The position numbers and the translations under genes are program-made. From Ginglymostoma cirratum (Eukaryota), in NCBI GenBank assembly GCA_024137785.1, contig JAHRHZ010000268.1, forward strand, positions 30,537,466 through 30,601,465: a stretch of 64,000 bases of DNA, given 5' to 3'. The first letter of the stretch is position 1; the number at the start of each line of letters is the position of its first letter. The notes under the pieces were generated by a model. It did not search any database. It worked only from the letters and a program-made list of their open reading frames with translations, and was not told the origin of the DNA. Shown piece after piece: positions 38,466-51,819 of the stretch.

Positions 38466-38929
38466 TATACAATGTATAGTGGGTGAATGAGCATGAAAGC
38501 ACCATAGCATGGCATGATATGGGGTTGGCATGAGATGCTGACAAGTGTATATAGGGGCATTACTTGGCATGGGAGCATCAGCAGGCACTTTTTAATCACC
38601 TTTCAAAAGGTTCCCTTAACCAGGGTTCACAATAGCATCGTAGCTGAAATCAGAATCTATTTCTGGCTTTACTTAGCTTACGTCTTCCTGTCATCATCAA
38701 TAACATTATGGAGAGAGACATCCGCCCACTCACATAATCTACCCACAACTGATTCTGTTTTTCTGGGAGAAGCTGCACTAATTTACAGCGTTGTATTTCA
38801 GTAAGAATCACAGTCCTGACACAGAGGAAAGCAATGGCAGGTAGGAAGACTACTGCAGCTGAAATAGCTGCAAACACAACATAGTTTACTGGGGGAAAGG
38901 GTGACAGAGAGAGCTGCATTTGCAGTTAA

Positions 38930-39985
38930 ACCGTGAATAATGATCGAAGAGAGGGGGCACTATCTGGGCATCTGTAATAATTGAGCACCCAAGGTTCACA
39001 GAAGCTTTAGCAGAAGGAATGAAGACTCGTTATCAACCAATAATGATATTGTATGTTAGTGGCAAAATATGCACTGTCTATTTTTGAATTCCATGATCTG
39101 ATTTTAATATCTAGGTCTTCCATGGGCTAAAATGATTTTAAAAAGGACCAAGATTGACTTCAAATGGCTACAGCAATAAGCTAGCTACATGTTAGTCAAG
39201 CCTTGTAAAACCAATGCAAGATAAACAAAGCCGAAATTAACACTTTGAAGAAACATTGAAACTCATATCTGTATTTTTAATTTACAACCTTATGTATTGG
39301 TGATGAGAGAATCACCTGCAAGTTATTCATCTTGGAAAACAATGAGCCCAGATACAGGATGTCATGAATGAGCTATCTTTCAAGGAGCTGCTTTTGAAGA
39401 GCAGCAGGGTGAAAGATGGACTTGTTAGTAGAACTGAAAAAGGCTTGCTCACTTTTGCTCCCTGTCTTCTTTCATTCTCTCTCAAAGGACACACAATCAC
39501 GATAAAACAATTTGGAAATAGATCCATCCACGGAAAACTTAAAGATATCTGTAATATTTATTATTTGCTGTAAGATTTGCTGAGGATACAGGACGTCTAT
39601 TCAACAACTGTGATCTCAGGTTAAAACCTAACAACACAAGGAAACTCTAAGGAAATTTGTATTGCATATTACATTATATTCTTTTTATGCTGGGCGCACT
39701 TCCCTTTTTTGAACTTTATAACTGAGTTCGTGTGTGCATTTTACGTCAGGTGTTTATTATTTTTCTGAGGACTGACGAGTAATAGAATTGCTTTTCCTGT
39801 CACACAAGAAAACCACGTAAATTGGTTCTTTGTTTAGCTCTGGTGAACTAGCAAATTACATTCTTATTTCAGTAAGGTACAGCTGCTTGCTAAAAGAATT
39901 TGAAATCTTCATTGTGGCAAACCAAGGTGGGGCAGAGGAGTGAGAAAGATGGGAGCCAAACATTCTTTCCTCATCTGGTCGTAAA
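38930..39985 (+). mobile_element. Probable old Gypsy solo LTR
   Basis: 3' part (cacaagaaaacc...aaattggtt...gggagcca...tcctcatctggtcgtaa) resembles the ends of the LTRs at 1-401 and 7281-7523. Left boundary is a guess. Confidence 0.4.
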
Positions 39986-40324
39986 AATATCTAGAAAGTG
40001 CCAAGCCAATTAGTTGAGTGAGAGGTGAAATGGGTAATCCCTGATACCTTCACTAAATATTCAGTGCTGGAAAAAAGTTAATTAACTCATTAGGCTAGCC
40101 AAGTTAGACAAATGTACTATTTCAAAAGCAGCCATATATAAGACGTGGATATTGGCCAAAGCATGGACACAAAATCTGGACTTCGGCTGTGGAATCAGAA
40201 TGATGGCTAATCACGTCAAGCCAACATTTTATGGAGTACGGCATCAAGGAACTATAGCAATATTAGAAACATTTGGCATGGGGGCTGGGGGTAATTTCTA
40301 CTAATTGTAGTCATATCTAGCATA

Positions 40325-41595
40325 AAAGAAGGTAGGTATGGTTGTTGGGGATCATTATTCCTGACTTTGGAAATCATTCAGGAGTACTTTAGAGTAAATA
40401 TGTTCTAATCAACCTGTTCAGTGATGTTATTACACACCTCCAGAGCATATAGGACCTTAATCCAGGCCACCTGGCTCAAAGGTAGTGACACTACCACTGC
40501 ACCACAAGAGCACCCAAGATCCTCAGGCTAAATGGAACAATTTTCAACTACTTCATCAAAGATCTTCCTTCAGTTGTAAGGTCAGAAGTGGGGATGATTG
40601 CTGATCATTGTACAGTGGTCTACCCAATTCACAGTTCCTTAAATACTGAAGCAGTTCATATCCAAAGGAGAAGAAGTTGGACAATGCTTAGCTTGGGCTA
40701 ACAAATGACTAGTAACATTCACACCATATAAGTGCCAAGTAATAACCATCCCTAACAGGAGAGAAACTAACCAGCTCCCCTTTGCATTAAATGGCATTAT
40801 CATCACTGCATCTCCTACTATCAACTTCCGGGAGAGGAGGGGTTACCATTGACCAGAAGCTGAAATGGACTGGTAACATAAACAACAAAAACAGAAATTG
40901 CTGGAAAATCTCAGCAGGTCTGGCATCATCCGTGGAGAGAAATTAGAATTAACATTTTGGGTCCAGTGACCTGTAATATAAATATTCTGACCATAAGACC
41001 ATGTCAGAGGTTAGGTATCCTGAAATGAATAACTCATGTCCTGATTCGTCTTTGTGTGTCTACCATTTACATGACATAACTCAAGAATACAGAAAAATAT
41101 TCCCATTTGCCCGAATGAGTGCAGCTACAGCAATGCTCAAGATTTTAAACACAGTCTAAGGCAAAATCAGATATCTTTACTGCCACCCATTCACATCCTT
41201 CAACATTCACTACCCCCACCCTCAATGCACTGTAGTAGAAATATATACCATCTACAAGATGCACTGCAGCAACTCACTAAGCTGCTTTGGCAGCATCTTC
41301 CAAATCTAAGACATCAATTGGCTAGAAAGACAAGGGTAGCAGAGGAATATGAAAAAGAAACACCTCCTGCAAATTTCCCTCTGAGCTACAGATGAGCCTG
41401 AATTACCATTCTGTCATTGCCACTGATCAAAATTCTTGAACTCCTTTCCAACAGCACAGTTAATGTAAATTCCCCTCCATGGGCAGCAGCAGTTTAAGAA
41501 GGCAGCTCGCCATGCTCTTTTTAAGAGTAATTAGGGATAGGCTGGAAATGCTGGCTCAGCCAGTGATGTTCATATCCTGTGAATGAATAAAAAAA
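40325..41595 (+). mobile_element. Zenon-like CR1-group LINE 3' part, old; contains SINE (40400-40511) and PLE mini-element (40883-40972)
   Basis: aggtcagaagtggggatgattgctgat, atctacaagatgcactgcagcaactcac, tail gctggctcagccagtgatgttcatatcctgtgaatgaataaaaaaa. Approximate TSD gtaacataaa/gtaatataaa around the mini-element. Confidence 0.85.
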
Positions 41596-42463
41596 GTAGT
41601 TGCTGCTAGCATCAACTTGCTTACAGACTATATAGGATCAGGTAGTGGAGAAAGATAAATGAGACACTGATCACTGCAGGAATTTTTCACTCTCCCACAT
41701 GCACAAAAGGATAGCAAGCAATTTAAATAGTTCAATTTCCTCTTTCATACCAACTTATTTCTGGTTACAGTCTGAGAACACAATACTTCCTCAGGACTAC
41801 ATTGAAGTATCAGCCTTGAGATTTGTACTCAAGTGTTTGAACACAGAATCATTTAACTCCAAGGCAAACGCTGTACACTGAGTCACAAGTGACACCAGTA
41901 GTAGGAAGAACGGGGGGAAACATTTTTCTGTGGGGCTGGACGGAGTAAAATTGCATCTTCCAGACCCACATTGAAGGTTTCTGTCGCTCTGTCACAATCT
42001 CTTCAATACCTCTCTCACAGGGCAACCCTAAAATCTCCTGGGCATTTACTTGCAAGCTGCCAGGTGAGTAACACTATCTTCCCAATGCATTGCTCATCTT
42101 CATGCACAGAATAGCAATGTTGGGTAAATAACTACGTTTTCAGTCCCCTACCACCAACCCCACACAACTCCTCCTATTTGTCCAAAAGTATTGATACCTT
42201 TAAATCAAACACTCTTGTGTTCTTTGCGAATGAGAAACATGAGCAACCAAGTGGAAATAATTGCAATAGGTTCTGTTGCATCTATCCCTTTGACTTTGGG
42301 AAATAAAGAAGTTGGATGAGAGTTGTCGGATTCAGGTTGGCCATGGGATGGAGCACTTACATAACCACAAGCTTTTTCTGTCTATGGACATCATAATGAT
42401 TTGACAGTATCCCACTACTGCTTAGTGGCATATTGTGATTCACATGTCAGAAGGGACCATGCC

Positions 42464-42558
42464 ATTTCTGAAGAAGGGTCTAGGCCGAAAATGTCAGCCT
42501 TCCTGCTCCTCTGATGCTGCTTGGCCTGCTGTGTTCATCCAGCTCTACACCTTGTTAC
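42464..42558 (+). mobile_element. PLE-terminus mini-element (Neptune family), near-intact hammerhead
   Basis: atttCTGAAGAagggtctaggccGAAAatgtcagc...acaccttgtta. Confidence 0.8.
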
Positions 42559-42927
42559 CCCATCCTGCAATATATATTCTTTTTATTCTGTACAGATACT
42601 GCATGCTTACAGAAAGGAAGAACTGATGAACTTTTTGGCAGCTTGAGAGAAAATACTTGACAATTATATGAAGTCAAATGGTGAAAGATTGAATGTTGAG
42701 ATAATATTTACACACTTTTATAATAATTTTTGACAGAAATACACGTTACAGACATTGTCCTCCTAAGATAATCACCATTGTTGCAGTTTATACTATTTAC
42801 AGGAGCATAAGCGAATCCCCAGCTAATGGCTAATATCTATGTACAATAAAATACATCTACTATACAATTTGTATATTTCTTCAACCTGATCCATTGATTC
42901 CATTATGAAATTTGCTCACTTCAGTAA

Positions 42928-43030
42928 AGAATGAAAGTTATATTTATATTGTGTCTTTTGCAACATCCCAAAGTGGTTCACAGCCAATGAAGTATTTGGG
43001 AGCTGTGGTCACTGCATAACATAGGAAAAG
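42928..43030 (-). mobile_element. Deu-domain SINE (SacSINE1-like) 3' tail fragment
   Basis: Reverse complement resembles the DeuSINE end CAGTGACTACACTTCAAAAGTACTTCATTGGCTGTAAAGCGCTTTGGGA...TATATAAAT. Confidence 0.65.
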
Positions 43031-43534
43031 TACCAGTGAGTGGGCCCAGCTTCCAACTTTTCATATCAGCAGAACATGTGGGTGTTCAATATACTCCTTG
43101 TCTGCAATGATATAAATGGAAGACTCAGCAGCTTCATTATTGTTAAATTATGTAGAATGAAACAAGCCACTAATTTTCTGAAAACACTGCTGAACTCTCC
43201 TGGAGAATTTCCCTCAATCTGTTCAGCCATGTATTAACCTCAATAATATGCTGCCCATGCCAACCAACTGGGTGTGGGCAGTTGGTTGGAAGTAGGCAAG
43301 CTATTTTTGAAGCCTACATGACAAAGTAAAGGGAGAGCTTCATTCAGGTAGTGTCCTGTTGGTTTGGGGCAGCCCCCTAAGATAACACCCTACCTCTTTA
43401 TTTGCACTTTCAGCCTGACAGACCTTGGTCCAGCCCTTGCCGCCTCTCTCCCTGTGCTCAAGGATCTCTGAATGCATTAAACATGTGGGGCTTTACCTTT
43501 ATCTGGTGACCATGATCGTTGTTTTAATAATGTA

Positions 43535-43690
43535 AAATAAAGTACTGCAGATGCTGGAGATGTGAAACAAAAACAGAATTTGCTGGTAAAATTCATCAGG
43601 CGTGGCAATATCTGTATGAAGAAAGCAGAGTTAACTTTTCATCAGAATGATGAAGAGTCTCTGGGCGCAAAACGGTAACTATGATTTATT
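43535..43690. mobile_element. Partly palindromic PLE-terminus mini-element
   Basis: actgcagatgctggagatgtgaaacaaaaacag...gagttaac ttttcatcagaatgatgaagagtc...caaaacggtaact. Confidence 0.7.
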
Positions 43691-43789
43691 TGTACCTCGC
43701 CCTGCAGCCCTGGCAACATTCACTGTTGAGATCTAGCACTGCTAGTCAATCAGATTAGCCAGCAGCTCTTGAAGGTCGGCTTTCTTTTC

Positions 43790-45104
43790 AGACCTGACAT
43801 CAGTGGCGGGTAAGTTGTTGGAGGGGTTGCTGACGGACAGGATTTACATGCATTTGGAAAAACAAGAATTGATTAGGGATAGTCAACATGGAAACTGTGT
43901 CTCACTAACTTGATTGAGATTGTTGAGCAAGTGACAAACAACATTGATGAAAGCAGAGCAGCGGACATTGTCTTTTTGGATTTCAGCAAGACATTGTATC
44001 AGGGTTCTACATGGTAGACTGGTTAGCAAGGTTAGATCACATGGAATCAAAACTGGATACAAAATTGACTTGAAGGAAGCTGACAGAGGGTGGTGGTGGA
44101 GGGTTGTTTGTTGGACTGAAGGCCTGTGACCAGCAGTGTGCTGCAAGAATCAGTGCTGGGTCTACTGCTTTCCTCATTTATATAAATGATTTGGATGTGA
44201 ATATAGGCGGTGTGGTTCGTAAGTTTGCAGATGACACCAAAATTGGTGGTGTAGTGAACAGTAAAGAAGATTGTCTCAGAGGGTACAATGGGACCTTGAT
44301 CAGATGGGCAAGTGGGCCGAGGAGTGGCAACGGAGTTTAATTTAATTAAATGTGAGACATTGCATTTTGGTAAGGCAAACCAGAGTAGGATTATACAGTT
44401 AACGGTAGGCCTTAGGGAGGTTTGCCAAGCAAAAAGACCTATGGGTGCAGGCACATAATCCCTTGAAAGTGGAGTTGCAGGTAGACAAGTGGTGAAGAAG
44501 GCATTCGGCATTCTTGTCTTCGTTGGTCAGTGCATTGCGTATAGGAGTTGGGATGTCATGTTGCACTGTACAAGACATTGGTTAGGTCACTTTTAGAATA
44601 CTGCATTCACCTCTGATCTCCCTGCTATAGGAAAGGTGTTGTTAAACTTGATAGGATTCAGAAAAGATGCTGCTGGGATTGGAGGGCTTGAGCTATAGGG
44701 ACAGGCTGAATAGGCTGGGGCTTTTTTCCTGGAGCATTGGAGGCTGAAGGGTAACCTTATAGAGGTTTATAAAATCATGAGGGGTGAATAGCCAAGGTCT
44801 TTTCCCCAAAGGGGAGACCAAAACTAGATGTTTATGGTGAAAGGGGAATGATTTAAAAGGGTCCTGAGGGCCAACATTTTCATGTGGATGGTGATGCATG
44901 TTTGGAACAAGTTGCCAAAGGAAGTGATGGAGGTGGGTACAATTACAACATTTAAAAGGCATCTGGATGGGTATAAGAGTAGGAAGGGATCAGAGGGATA
45001 TGGATCAAATGCTGGCAAATGGATAGATTAATTTAGGATATCTGGTTGGCAAGGACAAGTTGGACTGAGAGGCTTGTTACTGTGCTGTATAACGTTATGA
45101 CTCA
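43790..45104 (+). mobile_element. CR1 (HER1-like) LINE 3' part
   Basis: FLIYINDLDVNIGGVVRKFADDTKIGGVV; collinear with 23845-25102; tail ttatgactc. Confidence 0.95.
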
Positions 45105-45747
45105 ATAACTTTAAGTGAGGAGTACAATTAGGCAAGTGTAGCCCATTTTCAGCTCACTATGGCACAGAGTATGTTTCTTTCTGACCTGGTGTCTCACTGC
45201 CAACTTTTGTTTTTATTTGGGAAGAGGTGCGAGCAGTTCGCCCCATCCGCTTCCTAAATTCTATTTGTCCTGTCCACAATGTACTGGGAAGAATCAGTCT
45301 CTGTCCCTGGATTTAAGCAAAAACAGGATCTATGACTGAAACAATTATTCCCAGCGTTCTAATAGGTATTCTGCCATATTGTTATGGATGAGTAGTGCAG
45401 TTATTTCACTAATAACCAATTTCATCTGTTGATGATCCACTGTCATTACTGGGATTTTCCTTATGAGCTTGTAAGATTGGAAACTCCAGCAGTCCTTAGC
45501 AAGAGAAATGAGATCGGGGCTCCAATTACCAGGCATGGGGACTGCCCAGAGACTTCTAGTCAGAAGTCTGGTACTTTGTGTAAGACTTGGCAGCATAAAG
45601 GGACACTAGAGGAGGTGATCATATTGAGGGAAGACATTGGATCTCTGGAGAGCTGGAATATACTTGTATAAATTTGGGTCATCCCCTGAGATAGAGGAAC
45701 TTGTTGGTTTTGGAAGTTCTGTAAGAGTTGTGACTTTAGTGAACAAG

Positions 45748-45888
45748 ATATGGAGGTGCCGGTGTTGGACTGGGGTAGACAAAGTGCTGCTCCTTCATGA
45801 CGTCACGTGATGAAGGAACAGTGCTCCAAAACATTGTGATTTCAAATCACCCGTTGGACTATAGCCTGGTGTCATCTGACTTCTGAAT
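45748..45888 (+). mobile_element. PLE-terminus mini-element, further family, decayed hammerhead
   Basis: gctccttcatgacgtcac gTGATGAaggaacagtgctccAAAAcattgtg...ttggactatagcctggtgt; short inverted copy at its left. Confidence 0.55.
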
Positions 45889-48211
45889 TGTTGAACAAGA
45901 GGAAGTGTTGCTTGGATAAGGAATCAAAATTTCCACATTTGATCCTTAAAATGACAGAGGAAAAGGAGCAACTTGAAATGGAGTAAACTTGGGGAAAATT
46001 GAAGAGCATTTTGGGTTTTCATACTTATTTTAATGAGAAATGTTTTTTAACAGGAAAGAGCAAGTATAATGTGTGACTATTTAGTACATTTGATTGACTA
46101 AAGCCTAATCACTAAAATGCGGTCTACCAGCAGACCTAATGGCCTATAAAAAGACTAAATACATTCCCTTTCCTTGGAGAGATCAAGCAAACACCAGGTG
46201 CAATACATTCATGTTTCAGTATGACAAACAAGATTGTGAATCTTCGTCAAACCCAGATTTTAAAGTGTTGTTAACAAAATCATATTTCCAAAGAGTGAAG
46301 GAGCAATGCAGATTTCTGAAATTTGTGCCTTCGGACATTTCATTTCTCAATAGATAAACAATTGAATGGAGAAACTGCTGTGTATTACATTTTATACACA
46401 ATTTAAATCTGGCAGGTAGACTTCATTTCTGGTTTATAGAGTTTGCTTATGCATTGTTATTTTGAAAGTTTTGTAAAAGAAAACACTGCAGACCCATATT
46501 TTTTTCTATGCAATGCAGCTGAACAAACAGCTGACACAATATTGTCAATATTAGTTCTGTGCTTGTTTTGACTGAATTTTGCTGCAGGTTTCATACCAAA
46601 AGTTTAGGTTAGAGCTTTATCATTAAAATAAGATGTTAAGTCATAGTTGAGTTGTAAAATACAAGACAATCGTGTACGTTACTTCAGAATATCTGAAGCA
46701 AGATGAAACATGCTCTCTATAATTTGTATTTCTTCAATAAAGAGGACGAGATGAAATGAACATCATTGGTAGTTATAAATCTTACCACTTTGCAAATTTT
46801 GCTTTAAGATTCTTGTAGTTGGAAAACATGTACACAGTATCAATAGTAAATTGTTATCAGAATGGTCCCCTTTTAATTAAATCACAAGTGATACACAGTG
46901 ATACTAATGGTGGATGACAACACCTCCATATGTAGCCATTTTCTGTATTGGTTTGTTTTATTCGCTGTCTGGAAGCAGTGTCTGCAACCACATGCCACAG
47001 TCAGAGTTATTTATTGATCTTTGGCATTTGTGTTCTAAGTAAAACAGATGTCTTTTTGGTTGATACAATCAAATACTACTTACATTTCCTTCTAATTAAC
47101 ATTAGAATTGCCTCCAGTATGAAGGCAATTCAACTGCTTTATGTACATACTGGCAAGTTTAAATCTTATTTTTGCCTCTAGTGTTGCTTGACATTTTTTA
47201 AAAAAAATGTAATTATAGTGTACTATTGAAGCCCAGGTTGTTCATCTTTATATCTGTGGTGCTTTCTCTGTCACTGGTTTAAATGGTAGTATTTTGTGTT
47301 TTCCTGAAGAATTGTATGCAATGCCTCTTGAACTAGATATAAATGTATAAGAAGATGATGTTACAAGGGTCAATTTTTGACATTCATTTTCAAAACTATC
47401 CCAGAAAACTCATAGAGCTCAAAGTTCCTGAATGCCAGGTTGAGAGCTGTGTGCACTCAAGAAAGACATTTACTGCTGAAATCCAACAGGGTTGACATCA
47501 TCAGATCTCCCAGGGTGAACAACTTCCATGACAACGGTGAAATGAGAGTGTGAATCTCTCCGGAAGGAAGCCAGGTATGCCAAAGGGGGCTGAAAAATTT
47601 GGGAATGGGATGGAGCATGATGTCAACACTACATGAAGTGAAAGACTGAGCAGGCACCCAGAAGAAAGAGCAAAATAGCTATTACAGGAAAAAGTACACA
47701 TCCAACGTCTCTGGGGCTTTGTGCATTTGCAATAAGATCTATATTAGTTGAGGGAGCATTGACATTGGTGGAGTATTGCTTAAAAGAGTACGCTGATCAT
47801 CATGACATGAAAAGATTTTTGAAGCCACCGAGGTGAACTATAGACAAGGATTAAATGGACTAAATCCCCTTTATTCACGTGACTGTATTTCTGCTCTTAA
47901 GGATAACAACACCACCTATTAATGCTGGAAAGAACATTTTCAACAATTTCTCAGGTATGAATCTGCAATAGCAACTAATGCTTGCCTGGTTATGCCCTGT
48001 GCCCTGTGGGTGAACCACCAGTAATGGATAATCTGCAATAAGTAATCCATCAGGTGAAAAACACAATGTTTCAGTGAAGATGGCATTCCAGCTGAGGGCA
48101 TCGGAAATAACTGCAGAGGCCGATATCCCGTCACCAAGTCACCTTTTATTTACATGTGCACAGTACATAGGCTCTAAGCAGTCAGCTCAAAGCCAACCCC
48201 TACAATGAGGA

Positions 48212-49058
48212 GATAACAAGCGTGGGGCTGGATGAACACAGCAGGTCAAGCAGCATCATAGGAGCAGGAAAACTTGACGTTTCGGGCCTAGACCCTTCAT
48301 CAGAAATGGGGGAGGGGAAGAGGGTTCTGAAATAAATAGGGAGAGAGGGGGAGGCGGATAGAGAATGGATAGAGGAGAGGATAGGTGGAGAGGAGGCAGA
48401 CAAGTCGAAGAGGCGGGGATGGAGCCAGTCAAGGTGAGTGTAGATGGGGGGGTAGGGAGGAGATAGTCAGTCCAGGGAGGACGGACAGCTCAAGGGGGCG
48501 GGATGATGTTAGTAGATAGGAGATGGGGTGTGGCTTGAGGTGGGAGGAGGGGATAGGTGAGAGGAAAAACAGGTCAGGGAGGTGGAGATGAGCTGGGCTG
48601 GTTTTGGGATGCGGTTGGGGGAGGGGAGATTTTGAAGCTTGTGAAATCCACATTGATGCCATTGGGCTGCAGGGTTCCCAGACTGAATATGATTTGCTGT
48701 TCCTGCAGCCTTTGGGTGGCATCACTGTGGCATTGCAAGAGGCCCAGGATGGACATGTCATCTGAGGAATGGGAGGGGGAGTTGAAATGGTTCGCGACTG
48801 GGAGGTGCAGTTGTTTGTTGCGAACTGAGCGCAGGTGTTCTGCAAAGCGGACCCCAAGCCTCCCCTTGGTTTCCCCGATGTAGAGGAAGCCACAACAGGT
48901 ACAGCGGATGCAGCATACCACATTGGCAGCTGAGCATCTGCCTGATGTGGAAAGTCTTCTTGGGGGCCTGGGATTGGGGTGAGGGAGGAGGTGTGGGGGG
49001 CAGGTGTAGCACTTCCTGAAGTTGCAGGGAAAAGTGCCATATGTGATGGGGCTGGAGC
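48212..49058 (-). mobile_element. Neptune-type PLE 3' part (Cys linker + GIY-YIG + terminus), 15-bp TSD
   Basis: GTFPCNFRKCYTCP, NVVCCIRCTCCGFLYIGETKGRLGVRFAEH, TLQPNGINVD; cccctacaatgagga at 48197-48211 and 49059-49073. Confidence 0.93.
48274..48307 (-). ncRNA. Minimal hammerhead ribozyme motif in PLE 3' terminus (intact core)
   Basis: Reverse complement atttCTGATGAagggtctaggcccGAAACGTCaa. Confidence 0.78.
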
Positions 49059-49779
49059 CCCCTACAATGAGGACACCATCTGAATCTCCCATTTATATCT
49101 ATCAGCCAGTGCTCCCTGATTGGCCCAGGTTAATAACCCCAATCAGTGATCTCATAGTCAAATGAGATCCACCTTGCCCTCCTTCCAATCACTACAGCAT
49201 CACATCTGGGGGTTCTCGTTCACATCAAAACTCAATGCCATCGTCCTATAAATCTGGGGTGAGAAATAACACATTTCAATCAAATTTCAGGTATGTGACA
49301 ATTGTGATCATCTTTAATAAGGGAGATAAATCATGCTGTGGAAACTAATGCAGTATTTCATTCTTGTGCAGTGCAGAGAAATTGCTGACACGTATTTTCT
49401 TGAATCACCTTCTTCCTAATACTGAGGAAATCCTTCCAGAGACGTAATGAGGTTTTAGAAACCAGAGGAACATTTGATATGATCATTGTTATCAGACAAA
49501 TCCAGGAAAAATGTAGAGAGCAACAATAGGAACTCTGGAATACATTCTTTGAGATGACCACATCATCTGACCCCGTAAATTCAGACATTATGTGGATTGT
49601 GCTTCAAAGATTTGGATGTCTAAGAAACTTCATCACAATTCTGCAATTATTGTTTGGGAGGTCTGAAACAGTCCACTCAACATTTGGACTGGGGTCAAGC
49701 AAAGCCGTTTTAGTCTCCAGACTATTTTTGATCTACTTGATACTGGTTGTTCACTTCAAACTACATCTGACTTCTGGTG

Positions 49780-49900
49780 CAGAGCTGGATGAACACAGCA
49801 GGCCAAGCAGCATCATGATGCTACTTGGCCTACTGTGTTCATCCAGCTCTACACCTTGTTATGTCAGATTCTCCAGCATCTGCAGTTCCTACTATCTCTG
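49780..49900. mobile_element. PLE-terminus mini-element collapsed into a loop-less palindrome of about 70 bp
   Basis: agagctggatgaacacagcaggccaagcagcatca|tgatgctacttggcctactgtgttcatccagctct, then acaccttgttat...ccagcatctgcag. Confidence 0.8.
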
Positions 49901-50542
49901 ACTTCTGGTGTTTGTATTAAACACAAAGGATCCAAAACTCTTTAACTTCAGCCACTTCCCTGACCAAAATGAAACTGACATGCATTTCCTACAGGTGGCA
50001 GATAATTGTAGTGCTGTTGCCCACCCCAGATCAGATTTGCAAGTCACTCTTGATCTCTTCAATTCAGCAAGAGAACAAACTCATCTGACTTTGAATATTT
50101 CCAAAGCAAATATATCAAACTCGCCTGATTTGCCAAATAGTTCAGCACCTACATATACTGAAGGAAGGACTCTGGAACGTGTTGAGTACTTTCCATAAAT
50201 GGCCAGCTACCTTCCTCAAAATTTTGCCACTGATGAGGAGATCAAATACCAGATTAGCTGCGTTATTTCAATTTTCTACCAAACAAGACAAGACAGTGAC
50301 CGCAAAAACCCCTGCAAGCCAACAAAAGTCAAAGGGTTAGAAATGGTTGTTTCCTGACATGTAATGTGAGCTGGGCTGCATATCAATGATAAAAAAAAGA
50401 GCACTGGAGAAATACATAATCAATGTCTTCGCTGCCATCGTCTGGGCTCAATGGGAGGAGCAAAGAGCAAATGCTAGTATCCTCTGGAAGCCAAGTGCAC
50501 CGGTATTGAGGCAAAACCCCTGCAAAATCAACGATAATGGAG

Positions 50543-50740
50543 TGAAACAAAAATATTGATTGCTGGAAAAGCTCAGCAGGTCTGGACCATCTGTGAAGAG
50601 AAATCAGAGTTCTGAGAAAGGGTCACTAGCCCTGAAACATTAACCCTGATTTCTCTTCACAGATGCTGCCAGACCTGCCGAGCTTTTCCAGCAATCTCTA
50701 TTTTTGCTTCTGATTTATATCATCTGCAGTTCTTTTGGTT
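50543..50740. mobile_element. Palindromic PLE-terminus mini-element
   Basis: gattgctggaaaagctcagcaggtctgg...gaagagaaatcag / ctgatttctcttcacagatg...agcttttccagcaatc around gttCTGAGAAagggtcactagccctGAAAcattaac. Confidence 0.85.
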
Positions 50741-51819
50741 TTTATAATGGACTGAACACTGGGTCCAGATGACTGAAAGGCATTTTCCCACCAGATTTTG
50801 TTTTCTGAACTCTTGAATGGACAATGCTCCAGGGAATAACAAAGAAAATTCTTCAAAGACGCTCTGAACCTCTCCTTGATGTGGGATATAATTGACATTA
50901 ATATCTGCAATGAGTTTGTTACCAATTATTGAAAATGATGACAAGCTTTCCATTCAGCTGTATTACACTTTTAGTCACAACAGCTTAATGATGAGGTGAA
51001 GCAGCAGTAGTTAGAGGAAAAAAGATATCAAATCCTGCACTCCAGATCTCACTACCTTGAGGACCATTCTGATCCACTGGTGAGTTGAGAATCAATCTGT
51101 TTATGAAGATCAATGGCAGAAATTCATGGCCCTGAGTAGACCTTATTCTTGAATAAAAGACAGTTGTTGCTGATGATGACCACATTAAAAAGCCAGTGCA
51201 AGTAGCAGCATAGGCTTGCATAGAAGATTGTAGCTGCAGTTGAGATTGGAATCAATATAACCCATGAACCTGCTTTCAGTGTCAGAAAAAAAAATTAACA
51301 TACTTAAATGCCAGCAAAGATAAACGCTTTGCCATGTAAATAATAAGGTGACTAATTGAATGACAGTGATACAATGACTATTCACTGGCAAAACAGTCAG
51401 GCTTGGCATCACTTTGCTTAATCTAGATTGGCAAACTGTTGAAGGTACCCCACCTCCCTCCATTTGCCATGATCTTCAGCATCCTATTTATCACTTTCAT
51501 TTTCAATGTCCTTTCCTCACAAGTCCCTTCACACAGACTCAATAGTGATACATCTCCCTTACAGGTTTCCCCATATGCTTAAAACTCTGCCTCTCCAATT
51601 TTCTCCAATGAAAACCATTTATTTGACTACCTTTTGTAAACTCTATTTTGGGCTTGGTGTCCATTTGAATTTGGTTAGCTATGTGAGCTGGTTTGATATG
51701 TTTTACTGCATTATGGTTGTTATTTACATGCTTAGTATTGCTTGGATTCTCCTAATAATCATCACTACCCTGTGTCCAATTTGCATTGTCAGTTGAATAG
51801 TTAATGAATAGACTGCTTT

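Larger units (their letters stand above)
48103..49196 (-). mobile_element. Short solo LTR, family A, split by a Neptune PLE; 5-bp TSD gcatc
   Basis: Halves 48103-48211 and 49059-49196 together give the reverse complement of 9803-10037; gcatc at 48098-48102 and 49197-49201. Confidence 0.85.
47350..50900 (+). mobile_element. Old RTE (BovB-like) LINE, heavily decayed, with several nested insertions
   Basis: WKEHFQQFL, EDGIPAE, IVIIFNKGDKSCCGN, DMIIVIRQIQEKCREQQ, WIVLQRFGC..FITIL, TGVKQ, QVADNCSAVAH..DLQ, LERVEYFP. Confidence 0.85.

Noticed and set aside
48429-49040. Longest ORF (203 aa), and 57580-58095
   Set aside because: Alternative frames of Neptune PLE fragments; not host genes.
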